The notes beneath the pieces are model-generated. The model did no database searches. It was not told the DNA's origin and worked only from the letters and a program-made list of their open reading frames with translations. A DNA stretch of 57,115 nucleotides from a virus. Both the position numbers and the translations under genes were made by a program. Of the stretch, positions 45,701-52,100 are shown piece by piece. Numbering within the stretch: the stretch's first letter is position 1; the number at the start of each line of letters is the position of its first letter. Location: IMG/VR virus record IMGVR_UViG_3300009435_000003; one strand, given 5' to 3'.

Positions 45701-46613
45701 GTGTGAACCAGTTGTCGTCCCCAAACATTGAAGCGACCGCATCGCCAAGTATGAAGTTGCCACCAGCCATGGTCTCTTTCCACGCCTTGGATACCGAACG
45801 CCCAAACCCAGCAAATGCACCACCCTCAACGACCTCTACACCGCCGATGTATTTGTCTTCGTTCAGGTCAACTGAGAGCCCGTAATTATCATACAGATAT
45901 CTCTCGTAATCACTTACTTTCTTAGGGTCTTCGAGAATGGATTGAGGTAGGTTTTCCCTAAGCTTAGCACCAGACCTAGTGGCAATGCCAGCTCCTAAGT
46001 CTTGAAGAGATTTAGACACCTGATTCTTAAGTGGAACAGGCATTAGGATGCTCTCTCCCTCAAGCTCTGGATTTCCAGTAAGGTCTCTGTAAACCTCATC
46101 AGTTACACCACCCAAAACCCTTCTATTGATTTCAAAGTCAGGGTCACCCTCTTCAATCAAGAAGTCTACAAGTTCTTTTTTCGCTGTAAACCTTTCGTCC
46201 TCGGTTGTTGATTGGTTAAATGCGTTTAGAAAATCTTGATAGCTACCTTGACTATTCTCATAGTTGACAATATCCGTAAACTTGGATACATCAAACTTTT
46301 CGTAAATCGTTTGTAGGTATGCGTTGTCAAAAGACGTGGCATAATCATTCAGGATGTCCGCCTCAAACTGCGGAACTCTTACATCATTTATCCTCGGTGC
46401 CGTAAGAAAATCCGAAAGTGCAGTGTCTTGTTCTCCACCCAGAGATGTAGGTGAACTTGAATCCAATGAATCCACCTCCGAAACCAAGGGAGATTGTGAA
46501 GTTTCTTCTTTTTTTTTTTGACTATTGTACTGGGCAATAATCGCTAGAAGTTCTGCTTCAGAAGCACCATTAGCCTGCGCTTCAGTAAGCAGTGCCTTTA
46601 ACTGTTCGTCCAT
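36753..46613 (-). CDS. Giant virion-module protein (3,286 aa): internal/ejected multidomain protein
   Basis: Sits in the position of podovirus internal core proteins. Gly/Ala-rich hydrophobic segments at aa ~360-590; HEAFH zincin motif at aa 827-831 (nt 44121-44135); long helical C-terminal half. Confidence 0.6.
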   Translation of the reverse strand: MDEQLKALLTEAQANGASEAELLAIIAQYNSQKKKEETSQSPLVSEVDSLDSSSPTSLGGEQDTALSDFLTAPRINDVRVPQFEADILNDYATSFDNAYLQTIYEKFDVSKFTDIVNYENSQGSYQDFLNAFNQSTTEDERFTAKKELVDFLIEEGDPDFEINRRVLGGVTDEVYRDLTGNPELEGESILMPVPLKNQVSKSLQDLGAGIATRSGAKLRENLPQSILEDPKKVSDYERYLYDNYGLSVDLNEDKYIGGVEVVEGGAFAGFGRSVSKAWKETMAGGNFILGDAVASMFGDDNWFTQWAIRAGEEGSAQAEEIAKELPISLERLAAKTDKVLSLKGDDGELDDLINDYLRMGGESVPMMGGAIVAGVLTRGAASRSTGLSQLRTSLKGLNRAEQIAKTRQFMAAGKTVSQAKKIVRISRTAGMFTATSAMGMGTQYNAVRDEEWFQEMSGAEKSAYTSIMGVAEGLPALVAANISSRALGRLSKVGKENFVKGLLKATGIGMIEEGVTEGVTAGIQYITSASFNPNVEFDFDDMMADVKDGVYGGIALGGGVSVTAQIPGAIYAGAMAVTSLPSVRDAIQIEKLTKEYDTAPDQATRQEIGRKLEAAVMGRATRNRNRRKFYEDLHENNNEAWSQLTGIQKKIIQLGLQFERTEKGETRDGFKAEMVALLEERTKLEKELGMEYDLDINKEFNRVSGRISKIDRYYNDYGSLFEGDSESTTVTGENADSVLDAINEVTFNRIDQVEKLSTGVSMKRALKNVVTVAKALSKTGKFEGVVIHKTDTSFMNATGEALGRGMWVGKGKIHIYAPAAMENTSFHEAFHDLVLESIGEDAVQQLSVSLYKGLSGELRKKYNNFLAGQRGVKTKQAQAMEGDPMTAEEFLVELLGDITTGDVGIEVKKGLVNQFKDFVAKAVNTIPGVEVDMTEADPRLDDLVTAIQKMTGQLAAGEAVTATEDLRNAAVRAGYNAMMVELADMDTKAQGIYARNRDVEEVTDAGRWAASMAEATDRMKELKMKMVLQVDALSEADAQKIIDDGGKLFMTKDGLGGAYLKSDGYMGGLFKNPDSQLRAISAPLQAIRAREGGKFYDAFATKLESLYVNNGWRPVVRLDFNEEFAPEGWNDADSPLIDKPDVVFFVKGEGKVGDGIRMDEYDDAFNYAEGLANGKPQAFVRELQNKPGLEDFLTKANLTQTELEERKKELLLPDSQRQKRKPIVVEALKSYAAQEINQEQFIEIIRRESPITPFPTVPEVPSILDVGSALTSNKLNAGIIDVNKTIPEGYYVALRLDIPAYDSYDVWVVSIHQGSTNDVRSPNMGGSIGYGQTGLISDVEFLAMPKFAFQIATEKSKSPIARMFGDWRNHDSQQLRQRAVDIMDSDQYNISDHPVGKHEGWVQVGMNPFRHSWFYDKRDGNPIVSASEVIQIGALVLAKDVEKVPVTDERFSMVTKDGVPIKFQHILPGQDGMDTKVSFSNKAQKFGRISNRYAVEDGEFEESASVVLHNAVFDEVLNESQVIVSSPDHMLVGTVFLDEEVLAEGGGGLFYPVRTKNTWAFGQKGDASAFKNTVNKMRAKSPDGKVHVLLVSGTDDKVKSNITTMEAGLNLMDRLVGEGILTQNQIDKLIVDSLNDIIDALPAKKEGRYGEKVKFKGKRADIRSAVEASLRRTDNTSFELRRAYMDKLFANLGRMSVIRENPKSLDKVKEITGVSKLTKSQVGSTLKRTLVLSMIEGHLQGVPKDVVYAAIEVDSDLEVDMMPGNEAFPAAVVMRNAGGNKKTPKIHLFADKPHVNDVMLDNETGLSRADFMEAKLADGEYATKDGVRRSDANERKAIDGRWKGSMGLLQAAYGFGKTRPKAQAIVDSESKAQGSFLKKVSQMIDKAYPSPIITRDKRRKNPVTGLDESQQLDAFAYAKPEVIKTLMDMGLSKEGADMLFKKAVAYKQGRSQGKKEGMRVAMANAAETRKMGTKAKNLQKALTQLKDKSKTFNEFLTKAIELIDGRMKEDSKTPFTRSQITAMVKAIRQAHKTSGKKIEEQGMEAMQTFIDKISVIFDKRDSKAEMQRYLDGIKHAQKLQKRIKRMARPKGRSGAAKNVTTYAKIANGLASINPALLPQNELEGFVSTLMSTISSMSKAKAVFEPEIEAYVGVAFPKTEAGILYNKLSNYQAMEELGRQAVFMARAQLRAAKNNTTVEEEYKKLVQNYERSRLSSSRRAILKFIDDNPTIQHPDTGDTVVLNASNPAHVDLITQILAEQAVTKEELQKDAIINDVLLPRIVANIEKLLEDTQIADILGIYSVADLDFDKLRARLNKLKRHHIINLDYRLDDYLINDSVYGIGYMHALIQGNIDMPSKLEQLVRRKGLKARKGAFFGMLDTVNSYLSNVIPTDRITFAKLRVAIGLAQLTNDFANADFIHSQVVELLENEINRITEDGGSVTTRMDRAIMQLYSMAKQMPEFEGERGQAEAAWYLELRNSMRRTIDYYSEQQSFSNEEIDEFEDAFNYMFGQAETLSEMIARVESERKDVVEMVQFTSDIHSSLMPAFRNYVERYLGKELVVEDNYTAFEVIPETGSRDVDDMLSLRISLNDALASSSLSQTKKVAGSSFERNPRSLKGKNRIGLDFLSVNERTLRDNIILSNTVGSVVRSSYVLNSDAMKAFIPNAKVRMELERKIMLYVQQDTGKVPPVFQPTFKAIGFRFINPINLLRNAVIVRAFGSFGIQTLKQSTVLTSVMFQTKNPIQSIPYLLTTLSEMVYFSLKTLAGKDAKLALDDGRYKLLQNSPVFQRDYEAGNIDPYTGRMSLDEGNLQKIVRTMSDISLKNLKGTDKVAAVASWFTFYGDALITEGVVESFDQIDWDAEAVTPNSTALSYADAMVNKDQAASTPREAADLYMQEKGVKSIIAYLAQNILLPFSRFAVNKKRSISSDAMRIYKGDAQAKKEGGIAMLGHAAELTLFAYIGKVLIPAISSMFIDDDEEEMPKDSRWRDILSQVVVDANPLPPMGIFDNQVKGALNMFLFYPYDVMMEGDFDLGDDDGYERWTRLSKGAPMYYKSAPKDVTQGFTRFLGPYGDFLDDARTVAENLALPPNRVVSSNGTEYFVRPEDKEAMELHYYMKTFLFAGQMFGLSSKEIDVLVREMDDLPKDRRLSNEEALAAYEVIAEKYGNNLEGEVIGEERIMKVIEDKESVFDKKRAADSFRSSVKPLVAEQVMKDEYPEDYKSYIREARKLPKQLKNARDYYAYLRGKSQDMEPQEFEKFKTFIDSYLAIVRPSFYVEEQYIESVEE

Positions 46614-46625
46614 GCGTCAAAAATA
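46614..46625 (-). promoter_or_regulatory. -7 box TATTTTTG + 4 nt + ATG of the giant gene
   Basis: + strand CAAAAATA at 46618-46625. Confidence 0.5.
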
Positions 46626-46629
46626 CGGA

Positions 46630-48258
46630 TTATTCCTGACCTTCCTCCTGTTGAGCTAAGAACTCACGTAGAATCACTTTTGTAGCTGCCTCCTCCAAAA
46701 TATCCCTACCAATTCTTCTACCTGTCGGCTGGTCAACAGCACGGAATTTGCTGTTAATTAGCTCAAACCTTGGGTCGAATGTAAATACAGTTTCTGTGCT
46801 TAGGTCAAGACCTTCAATATCTTGGGTAACACCCTCGATAAGTCCCGGTCCAGTAGCAATATCATAACCTATGAGCTCACCCCCCGGGCTAAGAACAACA
46901 TTATTGACAAGGGTTGTTTGAGCAGCTTCTCCATCCCCTGCCCCTACAGCAAACTTAAATTCTCTGCCCTTGACACTTGCGGGAACACGATACACACTTT
47001 GATTAGGTTTTTCTGGAACCGTGTTGTCATCCTCATCAATGTACGCTGGGATTGTCATGCTGTCTTTTACAGGGATAAGGTCTGTTAATGGCTTGTCGGT
47101 CTCTTGAGAGGCCTTAAGTCTTGCTTGTGCAGCAGCGTCAGAGCGTCTTGCCGAAAGGTCTTGAGCAAGCTGATTGTTTACCTGCACAAGGTTGAATGCC
47201 TTTGATGCGGCCTCCTCCATGTACAGCTTAACAGCCTTTCTTCTTTCAATGTACTGTCGAGATACAGCACCCATGTTCCCCATCTCTTCCTTAACCTCCT
47301 CATCAGACACATCAAATACCCACTCTCCGCTAGAGTCGAGTTTACCATTACCAATGTTTTTACCGCTGGGTAGCACAGTAAAAATTTCCTCTGCATTGTA
47401 AAGAGCAAAAGCCTCAGTAAAATCTGACTCCGTAAGCTCTGTAGTTCCGGGCTTCTGTAAATTCTTGTAGCCTGTAACAGCGATAGCCTCCATCATTTCA
47501 GTACCCCTTACGGAAAACTTAGATTGAAGGTTCGCGTCAATGTCTTCATAGATTGCCGCTTTGTTAAGTGTACCATCTGCAAACCCAAGGTCTGTAAGGT
47601 TTTGGTAGGTTGCCTCGCGAGCTGCAAGCACGTCTGTATATACAGAGTTACCAAGGTTTTCCGTCATGTATTCGGTACCCTTCCATAGGGTAGAAGGAAC
47701 AAACACGTCGCTCATGTCCGCGATGTTAGACTCTCTCCAGTTTATTTGACCGTTGCCCATCACCACCTCAAGCTGTCTAGTCGCTTCGTTCCAACTGTAG
47801 TTGGCTTTAGAGTATTCGTTGTATTTATCTAAGCTTTCTGCAATACCGCCCGATAGGTTCTTGTATTGGCCTTGTGCGATTGACAATCTAGTTTGATTAT
47901 CTAGTGCACTTTTAGCTGTAGAAATGTTCTTGAACTCAATAAACTCACCACGAAGTCTTTGATACTCGTCAATGTCTGATTGAACACCAGTTCTGTAAGC
48001 TTTTGTTGCAGCATTCTGATACTCAGTCAATAAAATCTGAGCACCATCCCTGTATTTTGATGTGATTCCAGCGGGTACAGCCTCACCGAGCGCGTCGGTA
48101 AAGCCCATGGTTTGGTTAGTCTGAGCTTTTCTTCTTTCAAACTCATCAGACATACCCTGAATGCCTTGGCTTATTCTATCTCCAATCTGAGCACCGATAC
48201 CTGTGTAGCTAATTGGTGCTGGGAGAAAACCAGTTTTAAATCTCGTTCCTTCTGCCAT
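46630..48258 (-). CDS. Internal virion protein (putative)
   Basis: 542 aa from the ATG (MAEGTRF; the track start is TTG). Position is between the nozzle-like and giant genes. Confidence 0.5.
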   Translation of the reverse strand: MAEGTRFKTGFLPAPISYTGIGAQIGDRISQGIQGMSDEFERRKAQTNQTMGFTDALGEAVPAGITSKYRDGAQILLTEYQNAATKAYRTGVQSDIDEYQRLRGEFIEFKNISTAKSALDNQTRLSIAQGQYKNLSGGIAESLDKYNEYSKANYSWNEATRQLEVVMGNGQINWRESNIADMSDVFVPSTLWKGTEYMTENLGNSVYTDVLAAREATYQNLTDLGFADGTLNKAAIYEDIDANLQSKFSVRGTEMMEAIAVTGYKNLQKPGTTELTESDFTEAFALYNAEEIFTVLPSGKNIGNGKLDSSGEWVFDVSDEEVKEEMGNMGAVSRQYIERRKAVKLYMEEAASKAFNLVQVNNQLAQDLSARRSDAAAQARLKASQETDKPLTDLIPVKDSMTIPAYIDEDDNTVPEKPNQSVYRVPASVKGREFKFAVGAGDGEAAQTTLVNNVVLSPGGELIGYDIATGPGLIEGVTQDIEGLDLSTETVFTFDPRFELINSKFRAVDQPTGRRIGRDILEEAATKVILREFLAQQEEGQE

Positions 48259-48259
48259 C

Positions 48260-49180
48260 TTAATCTGCTTTTTCAAATCTAGTTACGAGCTTTCTAACGA
48301 AGCTGTGAAGTCCTGATTTACCCTTACCTGAAAGTTTCTGTAGCCGAGTAGCATCCTCTGGAGCAATAACATACTCGCCTCCAGTAAGGGCAATACCCAT
48401 AGACTTACCATCTTCATCAACTACATACATCTCATTTTTCTCGTGGCTAAACTCACCCGGTGTTTTTTGAACCTCGCCTCCATCTTCCATTTTAGAAAGG
48501 GCAATACCGCCTACTGCGGCCTGAGCCATCCCTCCAAGGGCACCAGCAAAGCCAGCGGAACGCTGTTGTCTAGCTTGAGCAACTTGAGCCTGTGCTAATG
48601 CCTGCGCGTCGTAACCATACTCGAGGTCTCTCGTAGAGCGGGCCTCTCTTCTGCCAACTTCTTGTTGTTTTGCATCGGCCAAATTTGTAAGAGCCTGCGT
48701 TTGTAATTGTTGTTGGGTCATGGCTTCCGTTCTCATCTGAGATTGAGCGTCTCTTTGCGCCTGCATCACAGCCCCAAGACCTCTAGCCCCAAACTGACCC
48801 GCTGCCTGCGTCGTGGTGGCTAAGGAACGGTTGATGTCCTCTGTTCTCATCTGAACTAACCTTTGGTCATAGGCGTTTTTTGCAGCCTCGTAGTACTCCG
48901 AAGGCGTTGACAAAGATGGTTGAGAAGCCTTAAGCTTTCTAAGCTCTGTCTCCGCAACTCCAAGTGCCTTTTCACCTCGCTTGATTCCAGCACCCCCAGC
49001 AAAAATGTCTACAATACCACCCAAAGCAGTGGCAGCTCCAGAGCCTATCATACCCAACGCAGCCGCTGAAGGGGAGTAAGTGCTCCCGCCGCCGCCGCCG
49101 CCACTGGGGTCACCACCCCCGCCAGTGTTGTCGGGAGTTTCTGGTGGTGGAATGTTTGCTTCGTTTCCGTCTTGACTCAT
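48260..49180 (-). CDS. Internal virion protein (putative), Gly-rich with Gln/Ala coiled coil
   Basis: 306 aa; GGGGDPSGGGGGG and hydrophobic Gly/Ala stretches. Confidence 0.5.
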   Translation of the reverse strand: MSQDGNEANIPPPETPDNTGGGGDPSGGGGGGSTYSPSAAALGMIGSGAATALGGIVDIFAGGAGIKRGEKALGVAETELRKLKASQPSLSTPSEYYEAAKNAYDQRLVQMRTEDINRSLATTTQAAGQFGARGLGAVMQAQRDAQSQMRTEAMTQQQLQTQALTNLADAKQQEVGRREARSTRDLEYGYDAQALAQAQVAQARQQRSAGFAGALGGMAQAAVGGIALSKMEDGGEVQKTPGEFSHEKNEMYVVDEDGKSMGIALTGGEYVIAPEDATRLQKLSGKGKSGLHSFVRKLVTRFEKAD

Positions 49181-49193
49181 AGCTACAAATTTA
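49181..49193 (-). promoter_or_regulatory. -7 box TAAATTTG + 5 nt + ATG; the box contains the upstream TAA stop
   Basis: + strand CAAATTTA at 49186-49193. Confidence 0.45.
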
Positions 49194-52100
49194 TTGGTTT
49201 TGTGAATTATCTAGTGGAGAAGGTGTGTACACCGCATTTACCCCGTACAGCTCAACCGCAGACGTGTTGTCATTTACGAGTTTAAATTTAGCGTAGTAAT
49301 CTCTCAACACCTCTCCGTTGATAACGTCAGAAGATAAGGCCATTAGCGTGCTACCAACAAGGTTGCCGGGGTCGCTGTCTACAACGATTGTCTTTCTGTC
49401 CTTTACGGACTGTATAGTTTTGGTTGTATTGCCCTCTGCGGAGCCCGTAAGAGTTTTAACAGTATCGCCAATACCGAACGGAAGGTTGCTAATCCTAGAG
49501 GTGAAGGTGATTTCTTTATTGCTGTTTGCCTGTGAAGCAACAACACCTAACACAATCCGCTCAGTGCCAATAGAGTCACTGGCATTTGCAGCGATACCAC
49601 GAGGGATATTGGTGTAGTACATACCCTCCTTCTCCTCAAACATTGCTTCGGTGATGGTGGTGTTTTGCGTGTTGTTTTCTATGGCTCCAGACCAAGTGTC
49701 GTTACCCTCAAGGCTCATAGCTGTGTAAGCCTTTACCATGGATGGTGTTTGCTTAGAAACCATGTCTACCGTAGAGTTAAATTGATTACCGTAGAAGTTG
49801 TTTCGAGTAGCATTGATGTTATGTCTGTACATCTGACCCCCTTCAAAGGAAAAGAATCTGTTGTGAATATGAGCATACATCTCAGGGATGAAGCTGTATC
49901 TCGTCATCCAGAACTCCTTTGTAGTAGAGTATGCAATGGTTTCCCCATTGTTGGTTACGGCACTCCCCACAGCCACAGCATCGGAAGCATCTGAAGCTAC
50001 ATTAGCCCCGATATCAATGATGCTGGTACAGAACTTAATTGAACCGTCTTTACATGACAGCTCAGCAGTACCTCTAAATTCTCCAGATGTACTTAAGACT
50101 ACATCTACCGGCACTTTTTCTTCCTTGTCAACATGAATTGGGTCAACGAAAACAGAACCTCTTTTCATCAGGAGGTCGGCATACACAACACCAACATGGG
50201 TCTTGTTCCATATCGGCTCTCTATCATCACTGTTAATGTGTGCGCTGTCCCAAGGGTATTCGTCTTTATCCCAAGTAAGAGTGTTGGTCGATGCAACGAT
50301 GGACACCCTCCCATCGGCAGATGTGACATCCGGATTGGTGGGGGGCTTAACTATATCTCCAACTGTTGTACCCCCAAAACCCAATGGCGCGGTGTCTGTA
50401 CTTTCAATAGTAACGATGAACTCGCTATTCTCTGGGTCAATTCCCGAAGGCAGTCTGGGGGTTGATGTGCTTTCAAAAGCATTCATGAAGGCAGTCTCGA
50501 AGAAAGACTCCATTTTAGTGTCACTAATAGGACTAATGCCAGATGAGGTCACCGCGATAACCTTACCTGAAGACATGTCAGAAAAATAAATCCTTCCGAA
50601 TCTTTCAACCACCGACTCTGGATTTCTTCCGGGGCCGTATGTACCAGAAAGATAGGTCTCCTTGCCGAGCACATCAGTGGAAGTGACTAGTTGAGATTGA
50701 CCCGTGCTTTGGATTAGTGTTCTTCCTACTGGTGTAAGACTAACCTTGTTTTCCTGTAGGTTAAAGAAGGACTCCCCTGCATCAACCAAGTAGGTGATAA
50801 TCCCATGCTGACTATTGTAGTCTTTGAATGGGAACAATGAAGGGTTAAACGAGGAAAGGTTAAGCCTACTGGAGTCGGACACAAACCTATCACTGTAAGT
50901 AACTGCCGACTCACGGGTAATCTCTTTTTGCTCTACTGTCTCGACGAATGGTCGGCCAATGTTAATAGCCTTCGAGTCAAAGAAGTCGCTAACGCTTTCT
51001 GACTCTACAATTTGCTTTCTGTATCTAGCCTCATCAACCTTAGTTGGGTCAAAGATTCTAGTGATGCCAGACACTGGGGCAAATGAAGATTCAGGGTTGA
51101 ACAACTGTTCCCTAATACGCATGTAAACGTCACCCTCTCTGAGTGTAATCACACCGGGGAACAGACTGTTTCCACTCCCCACCGTAGTGTCTACAGTGTT
51201 TGCGGAGGCCGTGGTTCCGATGGTGTTAGAACTAAATGGATTAGACGGATGCACGCTATACACAAACAGCCCGTTGCCCTCTGGCCTAACACTCTCAACA
51301 AAAACCCTACCAGTAGAACTAATTGCATCGCCGTCGGCGTTGTCTCCAGTGTTCACCCTGTCTCCATTGTACAACCTCTGAGAAGAGATAAACGAAAACT
51401 CACCCTCAACGGTGATGCTAAAAGCGGGAACTGAGGTGTTACTGCGGTCACCCCCGTGAGTTCTAGTTCCGCCTATTGTTTTGATGTCGTAACACCTACC
51501 AACCTCATAGTAAATCCTGTTCTCTTGCCCTTTTTGAGGTCTGTAAATTTCTACCACACATCCCTGAGAAAAGAAGTCCGTACCCACAGCAATCTCATCC
51601 CTACTAAACCTTGGAGTATTGTTGTCCCTAACAGTTAAAAACCATCCTGTTCTTCGGAAATTGTTTTCATCAGACTGAACCGCACCACCATCAGAGGCCG
51701 TAGATTGTACGGATAGTTTAATTGGATTCTTGTCGTCGTCTACATAGTACTTGTAGGAGGTGATTGCAAACTCGTGCATCGGTCTAATACGGCTGCCGTC
51801 TGGACCAACGTACTCGATGATTCGCATTACATCTCCCTCCTGATACTGATAGTCTAACTGCCCTCCTTTAAATTCCTTGTAAGAGTTTGCCTTACCCTCA
51901 GTAGGCCTCATAGACACAAAGATTTGACCATTGATTCCGCCAGCAATGGATTCGATAACTGGTCTATCCCTATCTGCTACCACATTCTGAGGAGAGAGAA
52001 TGTCGGAGAATGTCGTTTGCTTTCCTAGGCAAGCCTCAGCAATACTCACCTGCATAATCTTATCGTAGCTGGTGTTTTTGCTGTACATGGGAGCCCATTT

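Noticed and set aside
36753-46613. T7-like RNAP motifs in the giant protein (TDAGR aa 1003-1007; RISKIDRYYNDYG aa 706-718; RSGAAKNVTTYAK aa 2091-2103; LINDSVYG aa 2333-2340)
   Set aside because: The order and spacing do not match T/DxxGR, A, B, C. The key Lys/Tyr positions of motif B do not align, and no motif A was found. These are too weak to call a polymerase domain by eye and are kept only as a hypothesis in the findings.
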